From Vermamoeba vermiformis (Eukaryota), in NCBI GenBank assembly GCA_045837725.1, contig JBEWZL010000035.1, positions 1-63,213 of the forward strand: DNA of 63,213 nucleotides. The letters are read 5' to 3'. The notes beneath the pieces are model-generated. The model searched no databases. It saw only the letters and a list, made by a program, of their open reading frames with translations, and had not been told where the DNA came from. The number at the start of each line of letters is the position of its first letter. The first letter of the stretch is position 1. The position numbers were made by a program, and so were the translations under genes. Positions 17,456 to 31,401 of the stretch are shown here, piece after piece.

Positions 17456-18476
17456 TTAGATCAACAATGCGAAGGAAGCTCCGGCAACGACGACAGACGA
17501 GGCAATGGTGGAGGCACTGCTTTGTTGCTGTACAGTGCCGCATTCGCCTGCATTAGTAGTAGCACCGGATGAGCACTGACTACCAGTGGTGATGCACGTG
17601 TTTGAACCCTTGCACCAAGTGCATCCTACTGAGAGGCTTTGCGCGGAGTTAGCACAAGTGAAGCAATCCTTGACGGTAGAACATTGCTCTGAGATGATCG
17701 TTAGGAAGTTATTTTTAATGCGCCGTAAAACGTACTGAACGAAGAACTGCAAAGTTGGTTGCTCGTAGCGGTGGTACCAGCAGGAGCGAGACGGAAATCA
17801 GCGCATGAACCAGTCACGGTGCCAGTGCCGTTGACTTTGCCTATTTCCAAATTAGGTAAGCCGGTGCGTAGTTTAAATTTCGTATGAGGTCAGGCGATTA
17901 GTCGGTAGGAAACTATTTAATACCGTTTAACGATATTACTTATTATGACCGTTATTTATTCAGGTAAAATTCGTACTGATCTCTCAGATTCAATTTATTA
18001 TTTAAAAGATTTCTTACCAGCGCGGCAACCACCTCCAGACATGCACCAAGCGCAGCTATATCCTCCAGCTTTTCTGCCCTCGCATTCTTGGCAAGTTTCT
18101 GAGCCTGAGCAGGGATCTGAAAGCGGATTAGCTCGAGCGGATCAATTTTAATTGGAATTACCAGGGCATTGACCAATGTTGTTGTACAAAGTATTATCTG
18201 GGTTGCTCTGAACGCAAGTGGGAGAGTTAAGGGTCAAGCAAGAACCTATCGGTTTTTATTGTAAGTAGATTCAAGTGTAATTGCAAAATCCTTCTTATTA
18301 GCGGCGTCATGCATTTCGAAAATGTCATATTATCTTCTAAAATAATACTCACCTGACGAACAATAACTGCAGCCGTTGGACGTGCAAGCGTAACAGTCGG
18401 CGTTGTAATTACTGCAGGTCTGGGCGATAGCAGATGCGATTATCGAAATTGCAACGAATACCGTGAGCTTATTCAT
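17456..18476 (-). CDS. small secreted Cys-rich PSI-repeat surface protein, probably GPI-anchored
   Basis: Signal peptide MNKLTVFVAISIIASAIA; three C..C..C..CxWC/CxYC repeats; Ser-rich linker and hydrophobic C-terminus. Confidence 0.75.
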
Positions 18477-18699
18477 ATTCAGTTGTGGTACGTTGTGTAT
18501 GTGGTTTGAACGAGTACATAAAAAAAGATTTTGTACCGCTTTCCTTTTTCGAACTCTGAAATTTCGGGTTTTTTGGCCTTTTTTTTTATTTGTTAGCGAT
18601 TTCGCGTTAGAGTACATTGACCGTAATTATGATATAATTATATCATACCTCAGTAAAATTGCACATTTAATTACTATTTACAAGTTGTTAGTTCAGAAC

Positions 18700-21600
18700 T
18701 TATTCACTTTCGCTGCTCGAGGTGCTATCATTCTCATCTTCTTGATGGTCCACTGATCGCACAGACTGGCTGCTCTTCACTTCATACTGCGCATCAACTT
18801 CAGCCTCTTTAACAGGGTCGCGATAATGATCCTCTTCAGTGTCGCGTGACACCATTGTAGTCATGGAATTAAAGTCTTCTTGCTTATCCACGGACAGCAT
18901 GCTGGAAGAGGTCACAGAGTCGGAGATCTCCCGCATAGAACTTGACGAGTCAAAAGAGCTTCCAGAGTACGTTCTGATTCTATGGTTGGCCTTCAAGGTC
19001 AAGGGTGGATTCACGGGCACAATCACTGCTTTGAATAGCTGTTCGTGACTGATAGTATTCAAGTCAACGCGTTTGCTGAGATTAGCTTCAGATCTAATTG
19101 TATTGAACATGTCGACGGGCGTTAACGAGAACGAGAGTCCTTCACTGACGTGATGCGGCTGGTTGTGGTCTGCACTGTCGGCGTCAATCTCGAACACATT
19201 GGACATATCACTGCGCGCTGTTGAGACGCTCTTGCTAGCCCAAGTAGACTCATCGTTATCGTCCTCCTCTTCTTCACGCAGCTCATCCAAGAACAGATGT
19301 CTGTCGTTGAGTTCTTCAGTCGTGTCGTTGTTCTTCACACTTTCATTAGCCACGGAAATGACTGACTTATCGTCGCGCTCTTTAGGCTTGTCTTCTTCTG
19401 GAAGGGTCGATACATCTCCAATAGGCACGTGATCGTGATGTTCGCTCACGTCATCCATGTTAGGGTGATCGCTGACTTGTGACGAATGATCGGTCATCTG
19501 TGCCATCTCCTCCATTACACGGGCCATGCGTTTGTCACTAAACACGCTGTAAGCATCACTGACTACTGAACGATTGTCATCGTGATGGTGCATGTCAAGC
19601 GCCTCGTGATCAAGCATGCTAGCGTGGCTGGCATAGTCTGTGCTTAGTTGCAAGTGTTTCTCTTCGTGCGACTCATCAACAGGAGCAAGACCCTGTTCTT
19701 GATCGCGCTGGTTAGACGTGCTTTGATCGTTCAAGCCCGAGCCTTTTTGTTGCACGAATTGAACGAGCAACTGAACCGTGTTCTTCAGCTCCTCGATCTC
19801 GCGTGTTTGTTTCTGTTTGTCTTCACGGAGTTCATTGACAGTGCTCTTAAGTGCTTCAATTTCCTTCGCTTGCTCATCCACAGTCTGCTTGAACAGTGTT
19901 GTAACACGATGGAAACTTGACAAAATGTCACGTGGCTTGGGTGTTTTGACGACGTTTTCAGAAGTTGGAGGTGAGCTCGGGTTACCACCATTGGCTTCAA
20001 ACTTCGTGATCAATGACTTGATGTTGGCACTCGAGAACTCCATGGACGTCGATGGCGTTGACGTGCTTGACAAGGTGCCTTCTTGTTGACCCTCTTGTCT
20101 GTTCGCGTTAGTCAATTCGCCAAGCTGTTGCTGCATCTGTTGGAACTGCACGACGTAATCGAACGCAGGTTTGAGTCTGTTCAACACGTTCAATTGCGAC
20201 TCCAACTTATCGTTGATCGCTTGGCCCCAGTTATTCAACTAAAAGAAAAGATTAGCAGTACTTCCAAATTAGAAATTTCGTTTTTCTTACCTCGCTTTCA
20301 AGCTTCGATGCTCGTTCACGATCACTCTTTTCAATCCTGTCCAAGTTGCTGAGAATGTCTTCGTTGGTCTTTTCGACTAGATCCAAGCGCGTGTTAACAG
20401 CTTGTAACTTGTCCTTCTTGTTCTTGTTCTTCGCTGACATGTCGACGTGGCCACTCATAATGACGTTCTCGCCTTTGAGCTTCTTGCCTAGTCCGTAGAA
20501 ACTCAATTTGGACGCTTCTAACGGTGCATTTTTGCGCTTGTTTCGAACCAAGAAATAGCAGCCCTCTTCGTCACACTAAAGAAGCTGGAGTTAGAAAATT
20601 TCTCTAGAAAGTGATGCTGTGCTTACGTTCATATCGAGCACAGGTCCGTTAGTTGAGTACTCTTTTACTAAGTAGACGCGCAACGGGGTCTCGAGACCAC
20701 GTGCCCGTTCAATAGGCGCCGGCAAGCTGTAACTGTTGCCAGGGCTGCCGATCGGTGTGACAATGCCAGGCACCGCTATACTGCCCCCAGTAGCCGGTCC
20801 AACGCTGTTGCTGTTGTTGCTCGTGGTCAAACTACTTGTGCCTGATCCACCCGTCAGATCAGTCTCACTCGAACCGTCTTCAACGCGCCACACAGTGAAC
20901 TTTGATGACTCGTGACCGACGATTAAATGTGGTCCTAATTAGAGGACATTAGCATCGATCGATCTGAAAAAAAATTCTGTGTTGTTTGTACTTGCCTTGT
21001 TTCTGGATCAAATTGATTTTGTTCTCGTAATACGAAGCACGAACAATGACCGGTTCTAGATTGTTGCCAGAAGCCGCGCTTGATGTGTTGAGATCCGCTT
21101 CATTTGTCGTGTTGAAATAATACATAGTTGCGGGATTTTGAGGGCTATAACACATCATTAGATCCATTTCCTTATTTGGAAAGATACTTACTTGATCAAC
21201 AAATGCGTTAATTTTCGCACGCACACGGTGCCATTACGATCACCAAAATAAATGTACTTCTGATCCAAATACATCTCAGTAATAATTGTGTGGTGCCTTA
21301 TAACAATAGGATCGTCATTGGCTGTAGAAAAAATTATTAGCAACGAGACCTGACCACATCCGGAACTTACCTTGACCCAAGAACCAAATATAAATAGTAT
21401 CGATCGTAGATCCTGCCACGCACTCGTGGTTAGCTTGCAATTTAATCAAACTCGTGCCCTCTTCTTTCAGCTCGCCTTCTCTTTCGAGCTTGCAAGCGGA
21501 TGTGTTCCAAAGTTGCCACGCCTGAAAAAAATTAAATTTAGTTCAAATCTTACTTCAATATTAAATATGATCTTACGTGATGACTGCCAATCAATAAATA

Positions 21601-24532
21601 ATCTTTTGAAATGATTTTGCAGAACTGATCTACAGGCTGCAAAATGTTGGAGTGGACCATGTAACATTTGCGTTCAAAATTGATCACGTTTTCATACTCG
21701 GCTGAACTCGAGTGATCAGTGCGCTCTTTGTCTTTCTTGTCGCGTGAATCTTTCATGCTGAAGAAATCGAGTTCTGACAGCATGGAAATGAAGTCGAGGT
21801 CACGTGGTTTTTTCTCTTTCTTTTTGCCGTCTTTGGAACTTTGTTGACTTTGCGTCTCTAATTCTTCGTGCGACCCTGCATCGGACTAACAAAACAGCAT
21901 CAGTACAAATCCCAAAATGCTCCGAAGTTGTTTGAAAAAAACTTCGGATCTAACTGTTGCGAGTGGTCGATTTTAGCGAGTATTAAACTTACAGTAGTGT
22001 CACGTGGAGATTTTAAGTTGACAGGAACTTCTTCGCGAGTAATGCTCCAAGTCAACAATCGGTAGAATGTTTGATAACACGTCAATAGAACCAACTAATA
22101 GGCCTTCGTTAGTACCACTATTCATAAATTGATTGATCATCAACAGCGCGTACCTTTTGGCCGGTTAACAGCAGACAATTGGCGCGATTCTTCTCGATGA
22201 TTTCGTTGTCGCTTAAATGCAAAGACTGCACGGCTGATTTGTTTTGATCACTCGCGTGAGGATTGGCCATGTCAACCAGCTTGTCCTTCATTCCCGCGAC
22301 TTGCAACACTGGCGCTGATTCAGATACGCCATTGCGGCCGATTAGGTCCCCATCAGTCTTCATTAACATGGGCTCCGTGGAACTCAGCTTCAATGTGCCT
22401 TTTTTGGACAAGGACCGTGTAGACGTCTCTCGCTCCATAATAGGCGAAAGCGTTGCACTGCGATCACGTCCTTCTGTCACACTATCGTGCGCGTTCAAAT
22501 CTCGTTTAGAAGGGCTGTGAGACCGTTCACCTGAAGCCTTTCGACGCGACCTAAAAACACCACTTAGTCACCATAATACTACGTAATCATGCGATTTTGC
22601 AAGTCTTACTTGATCGGACTGTCTGCCTTCTTCAAACTGTCACGTGATATTTTGCGGTAATTCTTCGGGTCTTCGTAAATGTACTTGACATGTTCCGTGC
22701 GAATGTCATAAAGTTGAAGTTTGTGGTTCTCGTGATAGCTCATAATATATGGATACTGATAGGCTACCGATACTAGTCCCGATTTGTTATTGACACTCAC
22801 CAGATAGGTTTGCATCAGATCCGTCACAATCAAAGTGCCTAAAAGTAATAATCAGAACACCATCTCATATAACCTCATTATAACCTACCTATGTTGTTGA
22901 AGTTGCTGACAGTGTAGCCAGGCGCCATAATGCGCGTGCTGCATCGTGCGTTGAAATTACTGCCATCGAGCTTGTCAGGAATTGAAGCCAACACAAACCG
23001 TGAAAATTTCTTTGACTCTCGTTTTCGTCGTCGGTCTTTATCGTGCCAATTCGATATCGATCCACGACGTGGCTTTTCACTGTCCTCTTTAGGCGATAAC
23101 GATCCATTATCCCGCTGAAAACGTCATGTCAAAAAATGATCGGTAATTAATTAATTCTAAGTGTGTGTACCTTTAATTGATTTGTATTAGAAACGGGTCG
23201 CGAACTGCTAGGTGATAGCACTATATTAGGATCAACTTCACTAGGTTCCTGAGAAGGTGGCAGATCTACGAGAACAAATAAGTGTCAGATCCATCCGAAA
23301 AAATTGTTGCACGAAACTTACCGACTAAAGATGCCCACGACGAAGCACGAGCTACTTTAATAGTAGGATTCTTATTATGATGATGTTTACGTTGTTTTTC
23401 CTCTGGTGAAATTGTAAGTGAATTTGAAGGGAGAAGAGGTGTACTGCTACTTGGTGGTAACGACGGTGTGGGCGTCGTATTCGTGCTCGTCATGCTAAAT
23501 GAGGCCTCTGTAATACTCGCTTCGCTGCTGCTATGTAAATCTAGATCGGATCTGCCTGGGCTAAATATAGAAAGTGTCAATTGTTGAAAGCCAATCAATA
23601 ACACAAATTTCAATAATAATGAAGCAAGTTCCGAGTATCAATCATGCTTATCGAACAAGCGTTAATTATCCCGCTTTATAATAAACATAATTAGTAAATT
23701 AACGTTCGACTTACCGGCCAGGTTGTGACACTGTCAATAGCGATTTGCTAAATAAAAATTAAATTATTAACCATTGCCTGCATTTAATTTCTGCGGTAAT
23801 AATTATAAATAATCATAATTTGACGTGAATGCCCGAATTACAAAGTGATTTCGAATTCAATTCACAAGATCCAAAAAAACATTTAGTACTTGCCTAGTAT
23901 CTTTAAATGCATAATAGCTGTTCTTGTCGTCGCGAAATGGTTTCTTTTTGTCAGGAAAGCTAAACAAATAAAGTTTGACGCGCAGTTGCTCGCAGTAATC
24001 AGTAGCTCTAGGTCGGGTGACTGTCAGTATTTTACAAACGCTATCAACCAATTCGGCGCCTAGCAGAGTATAAAATTAGCACGTTTTTAAGCATAAAATA
24101 ACTCGCAGTCGCGATCCGATATTTAATCAACAAATCCGCAAATTCACTCAATTAAATTACTTGTTTAATTTATGAAAACTTTTTGCGTACCTGATATGCA
24201 TTTATAAGCCTTGAAATGCTTTCGTTTGGTCGAAAACAGTGCGCTACTCGCTGCGACGACATCCGTTGCGAGTTTTGCCAAGTCAATCGAGGGAGAAGGA
24301 ATTCTCGGCGATTTATATTCCTATTAAATAGTATTAAATATGCACCGATGAGATAAATAATTATTAATAGATCTGTCTCCTGGTATAATTTAATTAATTT
24401 TCCTCTTCGTTCGAATGTCATTAGAAATCAATATTGCAATATTTAATTGCGCGTTCATCGAGTATAAAGTAGCTATAAATTATTAATTACTGGAATATCC
24501 TTGAGATCGAGCGTTGTCGAAGGTTCTGCCAT
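18700..24532 (-). CDS. large protein with N-terminal DEP-like domain, beta-rich middle, coiled coil and acidic tail
   Basis: GAELVDSVCK..RPRATDYCEQL..PFRDDKNSYYAF resembles a DEP domain; exons are splice-compatible from MAEPSTT (24532) to ORF 18700..20238; could be two genes. Confidence 0.6.
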
Positions 24533-24803
24533 CTGCCGTCAAGAGTTAACTTTCGTGTGCCTTTACTTATTCATTAGATTTAATAAATATAGTGAGTATC
24601 TTCTTGTTGCATACTGCTAAAGAAATTTACAAAACTAACGGCCGTGCCAAAAAACCACGTCAAAATTTTAATTTTCGGCCGAGAAAGGAAAAATAGGCAA
24701 TCTAAAAGATAACAAACGAAACTTTTGACAATATCTCTTTTGTTTTATTTAACAACCAAGTATCGACGTCAAAGGAGCACGTCTCAACCGAATGTTACAA
24801 GAT

Positions 24804-26035
24804 TTATTCGTCGGAGGTTTGAGGAGCCTCTTGGCGATCACCACCACGGAAGCCACCACGACCACCACGGAAACCACCACGGCGACCACGGAATCCTCCA
24901 CGGCCACCCTCAGGGCGCTCACCGCGTTGTTCACGGTCACGCTCTTCACGGTGGTACTTCTCGACCTTAGGGGCAGACAAGAATTCGGAGTAGTGAGCGA
25001 AGGGGTGGTTGAGCAATCTGTGCTCGGGCCACAAATCGGGGGTCAAGAAAGAGTAAGTGGCAGTGATGGCAGCGAAAGTAGCCTTGGCGAAGTTACCGAG
25101 GGTCTTGGTTGAACCCTTGGATGAAGTGTAGACGTCATCAATACCGGCAATGGTCAAGATCTTCTTGGGGACACGGGCAGAGACGATACCAGTACCACGA
25201 GGAGCAGGGACCAAGCGGACAGTGACGGAACCGCACTTACCGGTCACCTTGCAAGGAACGGTGTGGGGCAAACCGATCTTGTTACCCCAGAAACCTCTGC
25301 GAACAGGGACGACAGAGAGCTTGGCGGCAATGATGGCACCACGGATAGCGGTGGCAACTTCCTTGGAGCACTTAACGCCCAAACCGCAGTGACCGTTGGA
25401 GTCACCGACCATAACGTAGGCCTTGAAGCGGGTACGTTGACCGGCCATAGTTTGCTTTTGGACGGGGGAGATCTTGAGGACTTCATCCTTCAATCCCTAT
25501 ATTGAAGCAAAATATTTAGTATGTTGAGGGAACATTGCTTAAATACGATTAAGCAAATTTGTCATTATTATGGTGGTGGATTTCGATCGCGATCCAGAAA
25601 CGGTTTGTGCCTTCTCGCACAAAATTAACAATTATCTATGATAATAATACTAACCTTGCCACCATCAAAGAAGTAGTCAATGATTTGGAACTCCTTGACG
25701 GGGATGGAGTGGAGGTAGATATCCTCCAAACGAGCAATCTTGCCGTCCTTAACAAGGCGACCCAACTTGGTAACGGGAACCCAAGCGGCTTCTTCCTTGT
25801 TGTCACGGTCACCACGGCGACCACGACGATCACCGCGACGATCGCCACGGCGACCAAATCCTCGACGCTCTGTTTAAAAAATATTAAATCAAATGTCCAT
25901 ACAATTATTATAATAATTGGTAATTGTATAACATATTTAGCATGCAAATGTAATTAAGAGAAAATTTGTAAGCTGGAGATTTGATAACTTACCACCACGG
26001 GGTTGATCGGCTCTGGTAGTAGTAGTATCGGCCAT
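24804..26035 (-). CDS. RPS2: 40S ribosomal protein S2 (uS5)
   Basis: [51 protein letters not shown]-rich termini. Confidence 0.98.
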
Positions 26036-26162
26036 TGCTGAACACGAACATTATTAAATAATCCAAGTAATCAATAGTCAAAGACTTACATCGATATTGT
26101 ATTTAATGTGTGGTGGAAAACAGAAATGAAGGACACCGGAGAAAAAAATAAAAGGCAAAAAT

Positions 26163-26188
26163 CGTGACTTAATCGAACCGTGACTTAA
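26163..26188. promoter_or_regulatory. duplicated CGTGACTTAA motif upstream of RPS2
   Basis: Exact 10-mer at 26163 and 26179, just upstream of a pyrimidine-rich minus-strand start region. Confidence 0.35.
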
Positions 26189-26356
26189 CTGAAAACTTCG
26201 TTAACTTTTTGTTTGTGGCTGCTGAAACATCTTTTTGTGGTTCAATTGAGCAAGGTGGCATGTTTCATTTACCGTAAAGTGATTTCTAATCTGCTCGCCG
26301 TCCGATCCGATCTCGGAGATGCGGGTTGAAGAATACCAAGCTTTATCGATTAGAAT

Positions 26357-28273
26357 TTACAACATGCTCTTCTTGTTTCGTTGTTTGTGCTCCGATAACT
26401 GAAGTTCATTGGGTCCTAGCTTTGAGAAGTATCGCGCCACAACGTCATCCGAAACTTCAGGTACGCTTGCGGGTTGCCATTTCGCGTTCTTGTCCTTATC
26501 TACCAACAGTGCTCTGACACCTTCGAAGAAGTCGTGGCCTTCCATAAACTTTTGCGAGATTCTGTATTCCATCTTCAAGCACTCGTCCAAAGGAAGCTTC
26601 GCTCCTTCTCTGAGTGATTTAAACACGACCTTCAAGCTGGTTGGCGACATCTTCTTCATAGTAGCCAAAGTTTCTTTGGCCCATGGAGTGTTCTCGGCTT
26701 CTAAAGCAAAGATAATGTCTTCAACTGACTTCTTGTTGAAAAGACGGTCAATTTCTTCGCGGTGTGCGTCAAACTCGCTCTTGTGGTCTGGCACGTGTTA
26801 AAACATTGGCATCATTTAGAATTGCACGCTTACTAATGATTTCGTCTTGGTGAGGCTTAGCGAACTCTCTGATTAACTTGTCAATTTCGATATCGGTGGC
26901 AGTGTGATCTGTCTTCTTAGTGAGCTCGACCAAGGCGTTTTCGAATTCAGGAAGACGAGCAGAGGGAAGCCAGTGAGTAGCAACGTGAGCCTTACTAATA
27001 TGGCGCATTAATATAATTTGTGAAAGCGTGTTTAGACGAGCAAACTTACAGCAAGTCGATGCCCTTCAAACGAGCACCAGTCAGGCCCAAGTACATGCCG
27101 AGCTCTCCAGGCAGTCTAGGCAAGAAGTGAGAGCCACCGACGTCGCAGAAAAATCCAATAGCTAGTTGGTAGTTAGATAACATGACCAATTTTTAACACA
27201 AAAGTTGCGTACCCGTTTCAGGCATGGCGAACAGAGTATTTTCAGTAGCGATTCGGAATTTGCCGTGAACCGAAAGGCCGACACCACCACCCACTAATAA
27301 CATGCGTTAGTATATTTTGCTTATTTGTCTTGGCTTCTAATTACGTACTTGTGATACCGTCCAACAAGGCGATGTGGTTAGTGTGAAGAGTGCCAATCAA
27401 ATGGTTCAATATGTATTCCTCGCGGAAAAAGTCGCTGCCAAGGGGACCGCCAGTCTTCTTCGAGTCATAGATTGCTAAGAGTCAAAGGAATTAGATCCGA
27501 TTGGTTGTTTGTCCGGGTTGTGCCTCCGTACCTCGAATGTCACCACCGGCGCAAAAGGCTTTGTTGCCCATGCCCTTCAAAACGACAGCCTTGATAGTGG
27601 GATCTCTTTCGTACTCCTGCAATCAAGGTAGTCAGGTTTAGATCAACTTTTTTAAGTAAAATTCTATGCGCGATGAAAACTCGCACTTACTTGATATTTA
27701 GGAGTCAATTTGCGAACCATGTCCAAGTTAAGAGCATTGAGTGCCTTGGGGCGGTTCAAAGTGACGGAGACGACGTTGCCTTTTCGTTCAAACAAGACAG
27801 GTTCCTGACCAGATGGGTCAACTCAAAATACCAATCAAATAATACATCCAAAAATTATAATAATTAAATCATATTAATATTTAAATATTCGGGCGTTGTT
27901 TAGTCAAATGATTGCAAGCATTTGAATTGTTTCATTGGCCACGTGCAACGTGGATCTCGTTCCTACACCAAGCAATATAATAAATAATTACCTCTGATTC
28001 TGATTTATGGTGTGTGCTCATGTTTCTGCCTATTCATAAATCAGTCAATTAATGGTCAAATTGCCGAAGATTTTATTGAAATATTTTTCGCAACGTATCA
28101 TGAGACTTTACCTTTGAGAGTAAGAACAATAGGAGATTTTTGTACCTAATAATAGCGAAAATTAATATTATTCATTGCAGGAAGTTTGTAAGAGGATCAA
28201 TTGGGATGACCGTGGATTGGCTACTTACGCGAGGAGCGGCTAACTTGGCCAACAATTGTACTTTGCCGAACAT
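26357..28273 (-). CDS. HIBCH: mitochondrial 3-hydroxyisobutyryl-CoA hydrolase
   Basis: [49 protein letters not shown]; basic presequence [15 protein letters not shown]. Confidence 0.93.
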
Positions 28274-29965
28274 ATGCCTTGTGTATTACAATGAAAAGGT
28301 GTTGAAAATTTTCTGGCCTTTGTTCGGGTTGGCCGTTTTTTGTTGGACGGGCGCGTTAAAAATTGACCGTGCAAATTAAACAAAAACCTCAACTGTTGCA
28401 ATCTCACGACCACGGAGTACCCTCCACGCACTCAGCTTGTTTGTATAATAAATAGTGTAAGTAAGCAGGAAGTGACACTTTATAGCCGTTAGAGGTGCAG
28501 GTCACGATCTAAATTTTTCTATTTGCCGCTCTGCGCAAGCACTTATTATTTCTATCATTTGTATGCTAATATAGGATACATGCGGTTCATATTCACTTGC
28601 AAATTCGAATGAATTGTAGCGCAATTCTGGAATTCTATAGAATAAACGTTTTTAGCATTAGTCGTAATTATTGTAGCTGAGCGTGCTATAGCAATATTGG
28701 AAAGAAATATTTAATTCATTATTGATACTGTTTTTAGCTGACATTTATTTTTTTAGCAGCGAAGATGCAATCTGGAATTGGAAACACCAGCGTCAAGGGC
28801 TTTATTATAGGTAAGGTCCACAAAATACAAGCAGTTCGCAACGACAAAGAACGTGTTTCGTTTCGGTGATCTCCTTGCGTTCTAACCGAAATCCCTCAAT
28901 ATTTCTCAACTAAGCTAACTTTTGTATTTTAGTATATATTATTGCATATTTGTGCTGCAACGTCCCTATTAACATTGCTGGCCTTGTCAGTAAGTCGAGA
29001 TCCGGAAACAACCGTGCCAAATAATCGTTTGTTAATTTGCTAATTATTGTAGTTGCCTCTACCAAGTACGAGTCTTGCATTTCAAGCTCAACTTTGACTG
29101 CCGACCATGGTGTAAGTACCAAGAGTTCACCTCATACACGCTAAATTTAGCTATCTTTAATCTCGTATTCCAGATAACTCAATTCACTCATATATTCATA
29201 CAAAAAATACCAATAATTAATATTATTCTTTGTAGTTGCCCTTATGGGTTATCGTTTTTTGCGCCGTTGGTCTTGGATCCATTTTCATTAATATTCCTTT
29301 GATTCTCTTGTCCTTCAAATGCTTGTAAGTATCGCTGCTATTATAACGTGCAATATGTTTTGTGGATATGTATCCAAAATTCAATTAAGATACGAGCACT
29401 AAATTGGATCCACAACCGCGAATCACATATAATCTGCTTAATTATTACGCCTTTGCTAACTTGCATTCAATTATAGTAAGAGCTTCTTGCCCATTATGAT
29501 ATTCTTCGTCATTAACAGCTTGTTTACTTTGGCTTGGTTTATATACGGAGGTGTGGTCTTGTTCTCTAACAACGGATCTGGTTTCGCTTGCGTAAGTAGA
29601 CGAATTATATTGAAACATTCAACTCCGTTGCTAATTATAATATAGCGCGATTCAATTAATTCCGATGGCTTCCAAGTGTGGCAAGTTGGTTTGGCAGTTT
29701 GGATCATTGCTTTGGTTGGTGGCTGCGGTCAATTGAGCACTCGTAGAATTGCTGACAGCAGATCTAACCGTTAAAATACTTAATATTCATTAAGTCAGTT
29801 TTGTTAAATTACTCTATTTATATGCCATAATAAACCTAATACTTCAAAAATCAATCTTAAGTTAAGTCCATTTGTGCCATAAGGGCGTTATTAATATCGA
29901 CGAACGTATAAAAGGTTTATTATGTATGTACAAGGAGTTGGCGATGAAGTTTGCTGGTGGAAATC

Positions 29966-31291
29966 TTAAGGATTGAGTTGATCCACATTCGCTACACCAC
30001 TCGTGGCGGCTTCTTGAAGAGCAGCGCGCAATGAGTGGCTGTTAGGGAAGTGATCCAAAATGGTGTTCCACGACTTGTATTCGCCTTGTTTGACTTCAAT
30101 GCGTAATTTGCCGGATCCATCTGCAAAGTCACGCACATCCCAACCAATAATATTCGATGAAGAGGTAATGCTCACCTAAAATAAAACATTAGTTTCGATA
30201 ATACAAATATTAGCGTAAATCTCAGGTGACTTTTCTAACCGAGTTTTAACGTGGTAGTGATTAATTCAATAGACTGTTGAATATTTAAGTATGATAATTA
30301 CCTTCCAAATCTTAGAGCCATATAATTTGTTCAACATAGGTACGTAAGGGTTCAAGAAACAGAACAAGGCGCGTCTGAAAACAAAAACGAAAAAAAGTTA
30401 GGATTGTTAGCAAACAATAATCCATATTAGACTAATTCAAACACAATAGTGAATGTAAAATAAGTATATGATGTATATCGTACCTAGTGGTGGGCATCAC
30501 AATGACAACACGCTGCGAAGTGACGATCATGTAAGTCTCGTAGACAGTGTACACGGACATGATGGCAAAATAGACGATAAGACCGATGAGAATACCGATC
30601 ATCATTTGAATCCAATCCGATTCGAACACTGGATAGACCAAGACTATATAACGAAAGTTAGTGAATGGAAAACCTGAATAAAAATGGGATCCGAATTTTT
30701 CGTTCGTTTCATGAAATCGGTAACCATTAATATTTGCATAATTAATATACGTATATTATGCGCGTATTTATCGGCTGATATTAAGCAAAGTTCAAAGGAA
30801 AAGTACGCATTTTGTGGAGTGCCAGTATGAAATCCGGTGTGCGTTTCATGACAAAATTCTTAACGGTATGAGTATGAGTACTATACTTACATAATAACGC
30901 TGAGCTCAATACGGCAAAAATGGCCAATTTTACCATGAAACGCTTCGCGATGGGTTGAGTGGTGATCTTAACTTCCTCTTCCAAGCCTCTTTGACCTTCC
31001 CATTCGCCACTATAATCGCAAAAAATCATTAATAATTATACGATCGGTTTTTCGTTATTTTACAACAAAATTGGGGAGAAATAGCAAATCCGAAAAAACG
31101 AATTAATATTTTCCAAAAATACGGCACGCGTTTAATTATAAAAAATAGAATACTTACGCGAATGTTGTAGGAAGGGTAACAATATCAGTTTGAACATCAG
31201 CAGCTGCAGGGAAAAATCTTGCAAGTAGGTCATCAACCTTATGCTGCAGGAAGCTGGGCAAAATATTCATCAAAATATAAGATGACTCCAT
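29966..31291 (-). CDS. hypothetical membrane protein (2 TM plus possible bPH-like domain)
   Basis: Splice-compatible exons; hydrophobic segments followed by YMIVTSQRVVIV. Confidence 0.6.
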
Positions 31292-31401
31292 TTTAATATA
31301 ATTAACGATCACGTTGCTGATCAGTTGTGGATCTCGTCTCGTTCAGGAGCTAAACAAGAAAAAAAATTGTCGACGTCAGAGTTATTTGTCGCGAAAAGTG
31401 A

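Noticed and set aside
24725-25505. + strand ORFs with His/Thr repeats
   Set aside because: Antisense of RPS2 and its RGG tail
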